Assembly: GCA_951406725.2 (NCBI GenBank)
Contig: OX597826.1
Location: 80,538,001-80,602,000 of the forward strand
Length of the DNA stretch: 64,000 nt
DNA from: Octopus vulgaris
Lineage: Eukaryota
Direction of reading: 5' to 3'
This document shows positions 1-14,527 of the stretch, one piece after another. The notes beneath the pieces are model-generated. The model was not told the DNA's origin. It saw only the letters and a program-made list of their open reading frames with translations, and did no database searches. Position 1 is the stretch's first letter; every line of letters starts with the position of its first letter. The position numbers were made by a program, and so were the translations under genes.

Positions 1-704
1 GTAACTTGCAACACAAAGACCTCTCAGCTGGGAGAGGGAATGTTAGTGAGGCAGTGGCTTTCTGGCAGTTCATAGGTTAAAATACAGGCTTAGAGATAGA
101 TGTCTTGCTATAGAGGAGATACCTGGCTACCCTGGTAGGAAAAGGAGGGAGAAGAGAGAGTTAGAAAGAAAGATAGACAGACAGAATGAAAGAGTGAAAT
201 GAATGATGTTGGAGATGTACTGGAGCTGACCCATAGGATACAGCAGGGGCAATACATGAATCAACCTCTTCCACCAGGTTCTTAGTTGGTGGGGTCCAGC
301 TAAAATACAATCTCCTCATGTCCTTTTAAGCTATAATCCTTGTATATCTCAGCTAAGGACAATACATTTTGAGTGTCGATGCCATCCTTTGAATGTAATA
401 ATTGAAAACACTGAATCCAGTGACCACACAAACATTACTATTACTACTATGACACACAGGGCAGCCCCCACTGACCAGGGACCACCACCACAAGATAAAG
501 ATCCCTCTTAAGTCATATAAACTCACAGGGCCATTTTCCCTGTTTCCGTGGCACAGGATGGGACACTGATCCGTTGCAGGGTCACACATTTTGGCCAGCT
601 GAGTGGACTGAAGCAATGTGAAGAACACAACGCCCCACCTGGTGCAGGAATTGAAACCACAATCTTATGATCATGAATCCAACACCCTAACCACTAAGCT
701 ATGC

Positions 705-1030
705 ACCTCCACCACTACAATTACCACTATGACTGTTACCACTACCACCACCACCATCACAATTACCAACATCGCACCAACAACTATTACCACAACCACT
801 ACTACCAAACAATGATAACTATCTCAACAACCACACTACCACCGTCACTACAACAACCAACAAGTGCCACTGCATCAACCACAACCGCCAACACAACACA
901 ACGACCACTAATAAGACAACAACATCTGCTATCACCACAACAATCAGCACAACCAGCACACCACAGTGACCACCACCACCACCACCACCACCACTACCAC
1001 CACAACAACAACAACATCCACCACAACTAA
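705..1030. repeat. Degenerate (CAC/CAA/TAC)n trinucleotide tract
   Basis: Direct reading; produces spurious poly-T, poly-H and poly-V ORFs. Confidence 0.9.
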
Positions 1031-1591
1031 CGGTGATAATGGAAACTGGAAACAAAGAGCTGAAAGCCCAAACCCAATCTCGAATCTCCATCTCCCAATC
1101 ATTTGTCCAACCGGATTCTCAGTACGCAATTTCTCGTACGTAATTTAATTTAATAACAGAATTAATAAATATACAGCATTTATCTATTTATCTTTGTGGA
1201 GAAAGAGGGGGGGGAGGCAGAGCTTTCGCTAATTTATTGGCAACAGTGTCTATATTTTTATACATCCACACACACACACACACACACATATTACATTCTT
1301 CATTTTATCTCCCATCTTTTGTTGTTGGTGCTTTTTTTTTTTTAGCCAGACATCAATAAAATGTCATTATCAGCACTAATCTCTGTGCTGGGGAAATTGT
1401 GTGTACATCGTTGGCAAACTGATGGAGGAGAAATATTCTGGTGCTGTTCTCTTTTGTTTTAGGTTTAAAAATTGGTATAATTTTGCAGCAATAATAAACA
1501 ACAACAACATTACTGAGATACCTGCAGAATGGTGGGGGGGGGGACAAAGCTATTCTACAGGGTGTGCACAAAAGTTTAATACATTCTCCAC

Positions 1592-1662
1592 AGTGTGTGT
1601 GTGAGAGAGTGTGTGTGAGTCAGTATGTGTGTGTGTGGGTGCGTGTGTGTGTGTGTGTGTGT

Positions 1663-1703
<41 letters not shown>

Positions 1704-1812
1704 TGAGTGTGAGTGTGTATGTGAGTGAGTGAGTGAGTGAGTGTGTGTGTGAGTGAGTGTGAGTGTGTGTGAGTGAGTGTGTGTGAGTGTGTGTGAGTGT
1801 GTGTGAGTGTGT

Positions 1813-1843
<31 letters not shown>

Positions 1844-2143
1844 AGTGTGTGTGTGTGTGAGTGAGTGAGTGTGTATGAGTGAGTGTGAGTGTGTGAGTGA
1901 GTGTGAGTGTGAGTGAGTGAGTGTGTGTGAGTGAGTGAGTGTGTGTGTGTGTGTGTGTGAGTGAGTGTGAGTGTGAGTGTGTGAGTGAGTGTGTGTGTGA
2001 GTGAGTGAGTGTGTGTGTGTGAGTGAGTGTGAGTGTGAGTGAGTGAGTGAGTGTGTGTGAGTGTGAGTGTGAGTGTGTGTGAGTGAGTGTGAGTGTGTGT
2101 GAGTGAGTGTGAGTGAGTGTGTGTGTGTCTCTCTCTCTCTCTC
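1592..2143. repeat. Compound (GT)n/(GAGT)n microsatellite, then (CT)n
   Basis: Direct reading. Confidence 0.95.
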
Positions 2144-2668
2144 AGAATTGCTCTCCCCATCTTTGCAACAACCTCTTCACCTTCCAATATTCAATATGGC
2201 TCTAGCTTCGGCTGAAACACACCAAACTGCTTCAGCTGCCAAAGAAGTCCCTCCATCTGTCTGACCGAGCAGGTAGAAATGGCAGCCAAGAAACTCTTCA
2301 AGGCCAAACGGGAAGGACGTCTCATACTTACTCTTTTAACTTCATTTTCGTCTCAAAATCTTGAAAGCCTATGAGGAAACACGGCATGCAACGACACACA
2401 CACACACACACAAAACAAATAGTTTTACAAATATCTCATCTTTTACTTTGTTTCAGTAATTAGACTGTGGCCATGCTGGGGCACCAATTTGAAGAACTTT
2501 TTTTAATTGCATTAACTGATGCCCGGTAATTTTAGTTTTAAAGCTTGGTACTTATTTTATCAGTCTCTTTCACCAAATTGCTAAGTGATAGGGACTTAAC
2601 CAAACCAACACCAGTTGCCAAGCAGTGATAGGGCACAGACACATACAGACACACACATATGTGTATAC

Positions 2669-2699
<31 letters not shown>

Positions 2700-2869
2700 A
2701 CGTGCTTCTTTCAGTTTCTGTCGACCAAATCCTTTCATAAGGCTTTTGTCAGCCCAAGATCCTAGTGGAAGACACTTGCCCAAGGTGCCACACAGTGGAA
2801 CTGAACTCAGAACCATTTGGTTGGGAAACAAGCTTCTTGCCACACAACCACACTCCTTACACATCCACA

Positions 2870-2906
<37 letters not shown>

Positions 2907-3038
2907 TCTCTCTCTCTCTCCCTCTCTCTCATATGCATGCTTATAACCCTCACACACGCACAATGAGAGAAACCCTAGAAAGGCGGAAAAGAACAAAAAT
3001 ATCTGAAAATAAAAGAAGGGAAAGAAAGCGAAACTTAC

Positions 3039-3297
3039 GTTGTATTGCCCATGACATTACTCATGTTGACGTTGACGTCGAGGGTGGACAAGTTGACGGC
3101 AAACAGCACCAGCGTCTCCCATGCTGTGGACACACCAGCAGTCTGGTGGCCCGAGTTGTTACGGTGCCGACCCAATTCTGGGGAGAAGTACTGACCGATT
3201 CCAGATTTGTTTTTGGAGGATGTTGCCTTTGGTGGTGGTGCACTCACTGTGTCGAGGTTGGGTGCATCTGGGGATGGCGGCACTGATGCACTGATAC
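3039..3297 (-). CDS. BLTP1: BLTP1 exon: GISASVPPSPDAPN...STAWETLVLFAVNLSTLDVNVNMSNVMGNT
   Basis: Acceptor ctcctacag, donor GTAAGT; 259 nt, phase 1 to 2; WETLV.FA.NL and NMSNVMGNTT motifs. Confidence 0.93.
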
Positions 3298-3754
3298 CTG
3301 TAGGAGGAGGTGGGGTGTATGTGAAAGGGTGAGAGGAATGAGAGAGAAACATGAGATTGAACAGAGTTAACAGGGGTGGGACGACGAAATGAAGTGACAT
3401 TCAATTTTAGATAAAGGGGCAACTGTAGGGAAGAAGGATGAAGAGAGAGAGAGAGAGAGAGAAGGTGGGAGAAAGGTAATGAGGAAGGAGATGGACAGAT
3501 AGACGCGGGGGGGGAGAAAAAGGTGGGGGAGTCTAAAAGAAGAAAAAGGAAGACAGAAAGACTAGCGAGAAGAAAAAGAGCAACAAATGAGAGAGGTAAG
3601 CAGGAATGAAAGAGTAAAATAGAAAGAGCGGATGGAAACACGAGAGCTGAGAGACAGACAGACAGACAGAAGTGAGAGGATTAAGAAGAAGAATAGGAAA
3701 ATAGAGAAGAAAGAGACTGAATGAGTCTTGTGAGTGGATCTAAAAAAAGAAGTC

Positions 3755-3805
<51 letters not shown>

Positions 3806-6800
3806 TTGTTTTGCTGTTTATTTGAAGCATTTTTTTTTTCTTCAGTGATTTAAAACAATTTTTGAAAACCCATTCATGGCCAAATAAGTAAAAACCCTAG
3901 ACCCACACACTTCTTTGTCTCTTCACATATTTTTTCTTTCTCTAAAAAGGATCTGACAAAAGCAATGTCTAATGGCTGCTTATTCTGGCATTCACAATTA
4001 ACCAAATATCAGACATTATAAACTTTGCATCACTTATTGCAAAGTTTTTCCTATTCCAAAATTCTACATTTCGTATCAACTTGATTTTCACTTCATTTCT
4101 TAGAATTTGTTTTGTTTCTTTTTTTCTTTTTTTGCATGTATATGGGGGGAGGGGGAGAAGCAAGAATCATAGAAGGAAGAGAAATTGAAAGAAGAGTTAT
4201 GAAATCATATAATTAGAGGAATGAAACAGAGAGAGAGATGAATTGAGAGAGAGAGAGAGATGAACTAAGAGAGAAAGAAATGAACTGAAAGAGAGAGAGA
4301 GAAATTGATACACAGAAGGAGTACATAGTATATATATAACTAAAATTCAAGTGTTTAGTAATTTTTAAAAAAAAAACAAAGTTTTAAGAGAATATTTTAA
4401 TATTCATAAAATCATGTAAAACACTGCATTTTATTACATTTTGTGTCTCCTCAAATGGATAATCAGCAATTATGAAAATAACCTCACTTAACTGTCTGAA
4501 ACGAAAACAAAAATTTAAATTTCAAATCTTTGATTGAAGTCTCTACAATGCTGTCCATGTTATGGGCTGCTGCTGCTGCCTTGGAATCTTGTTCATGTTT
4601 CATATTGATCCGAGTCTTGGTCTGTAATGGTCTGTTTGTTACTTTGTGAAGATTTTCTTTTATTGCCTGCTGACCACAGTTCCAGTTGAGACCATCCTAG
4701 CTTCTTTTTCAGAATTACATTGATATCAAGCATCACTTTCTTTGCTATCCTCAAACTTATAAGGGAAATATTAAAGAAAACCCCCCAAAGACACACAAAA
4801 TATTGACTGAAGCTATTTCTCAGGTCACTAAACCTGCAATGAACGCAACAAGACATTTAGAGTTTGTAATTAAGTGGAACACTGCAAGGAGACATCCTCT
4901 CACTAATTTCGTAAACTTTCCCCGCTTCTCCACGAAGCAAGCTATGCCTAATACTGCAGAGGGTGTTAAATTAAACATTTTCCACCACTTTTTATACACA
5001 GCCATACCACAAATCCAAATATCTGTCAGCACATAGTTTCCCATCTAAGGAAGGGCAAAAAAGAAACACAGGTTCAAAATAAGGCCCACTAAACTGCTAT
5101 CACTTGTTTTATCTATCTAATGTGCAGAAGGGATAAAACTACCTTCTGCACATTATCAGTCTCCCAAATTGCACTCATCTGCCTTTGATCAAATGTCTTC
5201 TACCCAAGGTTATAGTAAAAGACACTTGCTCAAGGTGCCAAACAATGGAATTAAATCTAAAGCCGTATGTTTATGAAGAGGACTTTTGAGTAATTCTGCT
5301 GTCGCTGTGTTATTTCAAATCTTAATCGAATTCATAATCGTTATCAACCTTCTATTGCTTTTTGTTTTTCAACACTGAATTAATATTAGCAACACTAAAT
5401 TTATTATTTTTTTTATATAAAACAACCCCTCTCTGAGCATTTTTTGCCTTCTTTACAGTGAACATATTAGATACCAACTTTCTTTTTTTAGAAAACAATC
5501 CCTCTCTTAATGGCTTTTTTTCTTCTTTTTTATAGTGACCATTTTAGATATATCAGCAACGTGGGAAAGAGAAAGGACAGAACCAAATAACAAAAACAAT
5601 GAAATACCACCAAAGAGATTAATGTCAAGCCAACAGACTCTGTATTTGTTGAGGTGTCTTTGTTTTATTGTATAATTTTTGTTTTCCCCCTAAATGAAAA
5701 ATCTAACTGCACTGCCATTGCAACAGATAAACTTTGCAGCTAATCAGCACTGATTAATAATTCACTAGATTAAACAGTTAATCTTCATTTAACACCAGTT
5801 TTTTCTCTAAAGATTGTTTTGTTAGAAAAGTCATTAGGATAGAAAAACGTGAAATAATGAAAATCAATTTTAATGAAATAAAGAATAAAAAGACTACGAT
5901 TATTAAAAATATACTTCAAAGAAGTGTGTGTGTGTGTGTGTGTGAGCTAATGAGCGCACATATAAAGTTACCCTAATATATGTGGGACATACATTCGTTT
6001 TGGTTTAGTTTGTCCCCAGTTTGGTATGACAACCTCATCTAACAACTAAAAGTCAGACTCCTCAGACTTTAAACCATTTTACCTAATCCATAGAACTATC
6101 AATATTTCCTATGCCAAATTTCCAAACCATTTTTAAAGTGGGGAGCTCCTATTTTGCACCCTAGAACCTAACACAGTGTACATCATTACCCACCCAGTCA
6201 CTCAACATCACAAAGACACAATAACCCCAGGGTGAGACACCACTAGAAACGCTGCAGAAGAGCTTCATTAGATTATGACACACTGGTTTCAAACCCTTTT
6301 CACTACCAAGGATCTTTTTCTCTTCAATTTTCCAAGGGACACCAAGGTTTCAAAAGGTTTGTCTACTCAACAAACTCATAGACAGCCCTCCCCCCATCCC
6401 CACGCTACTGTTTCCTTTGCAGGGAAGTGCTGAGACGAATCTGCCCAAACAGCAAAGCAAGTGTCCGACACCAGTAACAACATCTCTTAGAATAGGAACA
6501 GAGTGACGGGCAGTGGAGGAGACAGAGAACTTGATTGCATTAGCAGCTGCAGAGTATCTCGACTGGGGCCTTGCATGTCTAAGTTCACCCTTGGAGAAAA
6601 ACATATTCTAAGATCAAATCAATTCACCATTGCACTTCACATCTTACAAAATAAAAACTGATGATTTCCCCAAAATTAATGAAAAAAAAAAATGGTTCAA
6701 ATATCTTCAAGTTCAAAGAGTGCTTTCTCAGGCAATGCTATTAACTGAATGATGTGTAGACTCCCAGAACCGAAATTCCTTTGTTTGTGCTTCTCATGTA

Positions 6801-9800
6801 CAAAAGCAAACATACTTCTGGCTGCTGTGGTAAACAGCCTCAGACACTTGTGTATTCATTATATTGAGAAACAAAGAAAACCATTGACATTTCAGTCAAT
6901 TATTTTACAGCATCAAAGAAATTGATTTTTTTAGCCCCTGGTCATCCTTGACTGAGCAATGGTAATCTAACCATTTCTTTCTGTTTAGTTCAAAGAGTAT
7001 TTAGGATAGCAGTCTCAAAGCATCCTTCTCATTTCAGTTAATAGGTCTTCATTTAAAGGTAATTTGGCTGCTAGTCCTAGCAAATCAAGAAACTATGTTG
7101 AGGCTCCCTCATTAGCTTATGACTAGAACCAGTCACTGTCTTTTAGCCTTATGCCAGACATAACACACCTGTCATCAGAGCCATCTCAGTCATAACCATT
7201 CTAACAACAGATAGGATCTAAGATGACATTTTCTAACAGATCCTTTTTTTTTAGGGTGATAGAGTAAGATTTCAGGGATATTTGTCAGTTATTTCTAGCA
7301 GCTTGAGTGACCACATACAATCTGCCCCATTGGTAACCCCATGAGTAGCATTTCACACTATCCACAGCCTCCTGTCTAATTAGTGTCGTTAACAGCTTTT
7401 AATAACTAACACTGGTTACTACTTCACCAACTTGTGTGCAAAAAGAATAAGAGTGTGTCTGACGTTTCTCAAAGACATCAATATGGCTACAACTGGGAAA
7501 TCAAAGAAGATTCAGAATTAGACAAACTAAGAATTTAGTTTATGCAGTTTTAAAACCTCAAAATTCCCTATGCTTTAAAGTTGGCAATACTTAAAGACAT
7601 GTTAGATGTCATCAAAGAAGAATAAAGACATCGGAGGTGAAGTTGATAGGAAGGCAACTGATCTAGATACTGCGAAGTACCTAGGTCAGTGCTTGCCTCA
7701 TATTTCTGAGTTCCTCCTAGGGAGGGGCTAAAAATCACTAATAATGTTTCATCAATCCATCTTTTTCTTTGTCCATCCGTTAATCATTCTATTTAGCAGG
7801 GATGGGCATTTTGAGGGAAGGGAAAAGCTACTTCAGGTTTGAATAAAAACATTAGAATTTTTATACAATATGATACCCAACGGCCAATGAGCCATAAACA
7901 CTGGAAGAGAATTCAATTAACATAGCAATATTAATAACAATGACAGCATTAACAACAACAATAACGGTTACAAATTTAATCACATTTCTAAACAGTCTGG
8001 GAAAGTAAAATAAAGATACAAACTCATCTTTTTCTCTCTCAATGAAGTTTAGAACTTCTAATCCTTAAAACATATCATTAGCAACTATGAATATATAAGC
8101 ACCAATTACAAAAGAAAGAAATCTTTAAAACATGAGAATTGGTAAAAACAGATTATATTCTAAAATCAATGGAATATACCAACATTTGTTTATTCATCGA
8201 TTCTTTTAGTCCTGTCTTACTGTGAATTTAGTGTATATTCCTTAAAAGATGACATCATTTCAGACCTACACAGACAAACCGTATTCAGCCAGTCCTGTTT
8301 AATTGCTTTATGCCTCAATCTTTTTGCCATTGATTAATTACCATTTCATTCCTTTGACAACATTCCGTTGTATTATGTTGTCATTTAGTTCCAAGATAAA
8401 CCTATGAACAGAAGCCCTTTGTAGCCATCCTTTCTGTTTAGGGATACGTACCTAATGTAACTTCATCTTTTTTTTTAAAATAGTAGAATGTTATTTGAGG
8501 AAGATTAAACTGCTCTTTCTTGCAGAGGGAGTAACCATACAAGGATTCTTTCTTTCATTGCTGGAAAGGGCTTAGAAAATTTAATATTTAATTTGGTCTT
8601 TCATTTCTTTTTTTTTCTACAATAACAAAGTGAAATGTTTAAGGTGATCCTGGCATGAATCTTAACCACCTTTATGCCATCTCCTGCAAGCAAGCTTACA
8701 CCAAGTGTAATGTATGAATTCCTTTCAGAGTCTAGCTGTGCTAAGAGTTCCTAAAACACTGGGTAATGGTGAGAGTTATTAAGTAAGGTGAGATCTCCAG
8801 ATGACAAATCAGCATAAATGCCAAATAACAGCCCCAGCAGGAGACATTTAGCCACAGGCAAACCATCCTAATCTTTTGAAACAAATAGTTGCAAAAAAAC
8901 AATAATTATTTAGATAAATATTATTTTTGAATATTCACAATGTTATCTCCATTTTCGTCCTTGCTTAGCAAAGATGGAATGAAATGACATTTAGACATTT
9001 GCTTTAGTTTTCTTTGTTTTTGTTTTTGACAGTTTTACAAATTAAGCTTTTTTTAATGAAACACAGTGTATTTTAACTGTAAAATGACAGACATCAGAAG
9101 CTCCTAAACAAAGAAATGAGTTCTAATTAGTTTTAGTAGGTAGACTGAAGCAAACAAAATAAGGATACAAAGTAAATGGCTGGAACAAAATTCAAACTTG
9201 TGGATAGTAGTGTATCCAGTTTCAATCAGACCCCTTTAATCTTCCTCTCTTTCCCATAAAATATGTACCCTGACCTCCTCCCTAAAGTTTTCCTTCAATC
9301 CCACTAAATTCAAATCTGGATATTCAGTCAACCTACCCATGGGCATCAATCCATTTCTGCCAAAGTCTCTTTACTACAGTGCTGTAGAACTCCACTTACC
9401 ATCACCCCACCATCGCTAAAATATGTTTGCTCTCCTTGGTGGGGAAAATATATTTTAGAGGTTCGTTCATACATCAATGGTTTCTGGTGGTTTTATAAAA
9501 GAAAACCACTGATTCAGAAACTAGAATTACTCAGCAAAAATACGTATTTATTAAAAGCTATGTGATGGAAAAACATTGATAGGAAAATAAACAAGACAGT
9601 CAGTGCAAGGTAAATGTTGTAAGGAAAAAAAAAAAAGAATTAAAAGAAAATTGCATAGATATAAAATTAAAAAAAAAAAATAAAAGAACTTAAAGAGAAC
9701 AAATAAAGCCAACCTTTGCCTGAAAATTTTGCAATTTCAGCTCTTAGTTCTTGACTGACTTGAATTTTCCATTTATCCCCAGACGATGCCCTTCTATGGT

Positions 9801-12800
9801 GCTTCTTGAAATGGTAGTTTTTAGAGCCAGAAGTCATTGGTCCAGCTAGGCGGCATTTTGAGGACGCAGTCGATAGCTGACCAGAGAGATGACCATTGCT
9901 ATCATGGCAGGAGTAGTCTTGATCAATCAATGGTCCTGTACCGTTATATATATGCAAGGCGGGGGAAGTGAGTGATTTCATAACAGAAACAAACTGTGGT
10001 GATTCACTGGTCACAGAACTACTGCAGGAGGAGCTAAACACATCTGCGATCAGGCAACAATATATAGATATGTAGAAATGTAGAAAAAAAAAAAAAAAAA
10101 AAAGATAAAAAAAAGGGGAGCAAACAATGATAACATAAAGCAAAACAAAGGGTATCATATAAAAAAACAAAACATGCACTGCTTCACATCAATACAATAT
10201 CAGCACATACAAGTTAAAACATGCTTCCACTGGGAATAATTCTAATAAAGGGGACAAAGAAAACCTAAAACACACGAGTAAGTGCAACTGTGAAGAGTAT
10301 AGCTAAAAGACAGCTTATTTAAGCATGGAAGCATTGGAACATTCAGCCAGAATTGTGCCTGCAAACTATTTCTAAGAGTAATCTCAAAAACAGATTAGCT
10401 GCATGAAATGTATCAATGTTTTATCAAATTCTGGATGTACAGATCTGTGGATAGCCAATCCTTCCTCATTATACATGGCCCCATGGATAATTTCAGATAG
10501 GAAATCTGAAGGCTTTTTTTTCTTAATTCTTTTTCAATGTAATTTCTAAAAGAGATTATTTTCTGCACTTTGTATTTTCAACTTTATTGAAAATGGTGCA
10601 TGATAATAACATATGCTTCTAACATAAGTTCAAGGTGAGAAATTTGGGCTGGGAGGGGAGTGGTTAATTATAATGACCCCCACCCCCAACTTGACAGGTA
10701 CTTTATTATCGACCCTGGAAAAAGGATAACAAACTAAATTGACTTCACTTTTGTATTTCGCTTGCAAGATTCTTGATGCAAATTCACGAGTTGAAACAAA
10801 TCTTGCTGTGTGTTGGGAAAGTCAGTACACCAACAATGATAACACATGTGCTGATTCAATATTACATCGTTATTGTTAGTTAATTAGTTAACATCTAGCC
10901 AACTAATTAATCAATCATTTGTTTAATGAGCTAGTTAAACACACAATCAGTTGTTTGTTAGTCAAAGTCCTTTCATTGCTATCAAGGTCTGATCAATTAA
11001 TTAGTCAGTTAGGTAATTGACCAACTGACAAACAAAGTGGTATTGAACCAGAGTGTGTGTATGTAATTATTATGGTGTAATGACCTTCCCAAGACACAAC
11101 GAGACTAAGTTGGTCACAAAATTTTAACTCAGGTTGTAAAGACCTTAACTAAATGTTAAAAAGTATTTAGTGTGGTGTCCTAACAAATCTGCCAATCCAT
11201 TGAATAATAATAATGATGATGATGATAATACGAGGGTGAGTCAAAAAGTAATGCCTTTTGTTTAGGACAGGTATAATTACCAACACAGGAACATGTATCA
11301 TACATCAAAATGAAGCTGGTCCTCTGTGGATCACATCCCTATTTCTCAGCATAGTTACCGTTTCTCTCAATAGCAATGTTCCACCTTTGAATGAGAGCAT
11401 GTATCCCTGCTTGTTAAAATTCTGTTGACTTGTAAAATTCTGGTCACTGGAATAATTTAACACCTTCAGCCTATCATCTCTTTGGCCCCATGAAAAAGGG
11501 TTTGAGACTCAAACATTATTTCAGTGACGAGGAAGTGAAAACTGTAGTGAAGAAGTGGCTCAAAGAACAGTCAACAGAATTTTACGGGGCAGGGATAGAT
11601 GCTCTCATTTGAAGGTGGAACATTGCTATTGAGAGAAACAGTGACTATGTTGAGAAGTAGGGATGTGATCCACAAAGGACCAACTTCATTTTGATGTATG
11701 ATACATGTTACTGTGTTGGTAATTATACCTGTCCTAAACAAAATGGCATTACTTTTTGACTCACCCTCGTAATAATTATGATTTCAAATTTTGGCACAAG
11801 GTCGTTAGCTTTGGAAGGAGGTCGTTAGTTGATTATATTGACCCTGGTGTTCAACAGGTACTTAGTTTACAACCCCAAATGGATGGATGGAATGCAAAGT
11901 TAACTTTGGTGGAATTTGATCTCAGAACGTAAAGAGTTGGAAGAACTGTTTTGGATTTTGGCACAAGGCCAGCAATCTTAGGTGGGGGTGAGAGTAGTGG
12001 TCAAATATATCGACCCCCCTCCCCATCCAATACTTAACTGGTACTCTATTCTACTGACTCTGAAAGGATGAAAAGGCAAAGTCAACTTTGGTGAGAGTTG
12101 AATGAAGAACATAAAGAGTTAAATGAAGAAATTTCCCAAATTATTCATTCCACACACTAATAGTTCTTTCTGTTATAGAGAGAAGGCCTGGAATTTTGTG
12201 GGAGGGAGCTAGTTGATTCCATCAACCCCAATGCTCAACTGGTACTAATTCTATCAACCCACGAAAGGCTGCAAGGCAAATCTGACCGCAGCAGAATTTG
12301 AAATAGGAATGTAAAACTGAAATAAATGCTTCTAAGAATTTTGTCCGACATGCCTTGTTGTCTTCCAACGCTAAGAAGAATAATTTTTTTTATGGAATAT
12401 AACATTTGCTAAATGTGGCAATGTGAAAGTCCGGACAGTAAAGCCAGGAAGGAATAAAAGAAGAAATCCTAACTTCACTCGTATCAAAATACATTGACTG
12501 TTGTAATTGATTTTTTGATCATTAAGTAGAAAACTCAAAGAGTTCAACTACATCACAAACTACACAATCGTAGTTACCACTCCGAATGTTGACACTTCTA
12601 CTGTAAAACATACTACATACGTACTATCGTTTACAGTCAAGTACCACAAGTCTCAAAACTATTTTGCATTTTCAACAAATTAAATCTTCTTAACAATTCA
12701 ACTATTTTGCTAGCCTTAGACATTGGACTGTAGACACATTAGGACCCTACATTCATTTGTTCTTAATTGGAAAATTCCAGATAGAATTTAATACAAATCT

Positions 12801-13817
12801 TCCTTCGGGTACAGGAGGCAAAATGCACAAGAGCAGTCATGACAATACACATGACAAGAATTTTCTTAGCAAAAGTGAGGATTGGAAAATGATTTCATAA
12901 ACGAACCTGGTTTTTTGATGAACGATGCATTATAAAATTAACATAATTACAAGGACTTTCCCATTATCCGTATCCACAATGTAATTAAAGCAATATCCGC
13001 ATTTTATCCACAGCAATCACACTGACTTAATATTGTTACATCATCATTGTTCTCATCTCCACTCAAAATGATGATGAAGATGATGATGATGTAATTGATA
13101 TTCAGCTGATATCGTTTCAGTGAAGAAGAAAGTGAGGATATATCAGTTTAATTAAAGTGTGAAGAGTGATAATAGGGAAGTTCTTGTAATTATGCTAATT
13201 GTCATAATGAATCGTTCATATGTTCCTAGAACAACCAGGTTCGTGTTTAAAATAATTTTCCAATGCACGTGCACACAATGACACAGACATGGAGATTCAC
13301 ATACAGGACTTTAAGTTTTAGTGCCAACAATCTGACAACCGCTGCACATCTTCAGTCATGCAAATCCAGTGTGTGTGTGTGTCGCACCCTCGTTTGCAAA
13401 AAAGTTGTGTTCATGCCCATAACTTAGTGGTTTGGCATAAGAGACTTTAAGTACCAGACTTACAGACAAAAAGTATTGGAGTTGATTCATCCAACTAAAA
13501 GCCTTCAAAGTGATACCCGAGCATGGCCGCAGTCCAATGACTCAAACAAGTAAATGAGATATGTACACACATATATGTTAACATAAATACATGTACATGT
13601 GTATAAGTACATGAATAAGTGTATGTGAACACAGGCATACATTTTCTCTCTTTGTTTTTTTCATTCTCTCTCTATTTTTTTCCTCTTATTCCTTTCTGTC
13701 GAAGAGTATAGGCTTGAAATGTAAAAAGACTTTTCCATTTTTCCCAAGCAATAAACTAATACACCTGCTTGTTGTTCCTGCATTTGTCTTTATCTTTTGT
13801 TTCTCTATAAATCTGAA

Positions 13818-13856
<39 letters not shown>

Positions 13857-14225
13857 TACATACATATATACCTACATTACTGAGATGCCAACAGTGTTTA
13901 GTTTTCAAACTAAAGATTACTATGGAATATACCCAGAGACCTTAGCCATTAACTGCATTCATATGAAGTGAACATCATCAAGGCCGTGATGTAAATGCTA
14001 ATATTTTTGTGTCCTTCAACATAACTGACCCACAGAGAGAGATGGGGTAGGCAATAAAAAAACCTTAGTACTTGACTAGCATTTTGTCTGTGTGCATGTG
14101 TGAGTAAATAAAAGGGACATGATATGGAAACAATTAAGGTAGGAATATAAATGAACATGGGAAACCTCTCGTCAGCCATGGAATCAAAAATCAATGTAAT
14201 TTTGGAAGTCTTAATCCCTAGAAAT

Positions 14226-14264
<39 letters not shown>

Positions 14265-14484
14265 CAATGAGAAAATAGAGAGATAATTGATAAATTAATA
14301 TTTATTAATTAAAAAACTGACAAACATCTCTTACAGCTGTTTCAATTCCAGACCACAAGATTCGACTTTCAAATAATTTTAAATTTTATTAATTTTCTGA
14401 AGGTCCAAAATTGAAACAGCTGTAGGAGATGTTTGTCAATTTTTTAATTAACGAATAACAATTTTCTTATTTCTTATTTTACTG

Positions 14485-14527
<43 letters not shown>

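Noticed and set aside
618-2187. ORFs rich in T/H/V or HT repeats
   Set aside because: Translations of (CAC)n and (GT/GAGT)n microsatellites; no splice or homology support.
6350-6604. 84-aa minus-strand ORF (GELRHARPQSRYSAAANAIKFSV...) as an extra BLTP1 exon
   Set aside because: The best acceptors give phase 0 or an immediate stop, while the intron requires phase 1; the only phase-compatible 75-nt option has weak splice sites. Left uncalled.
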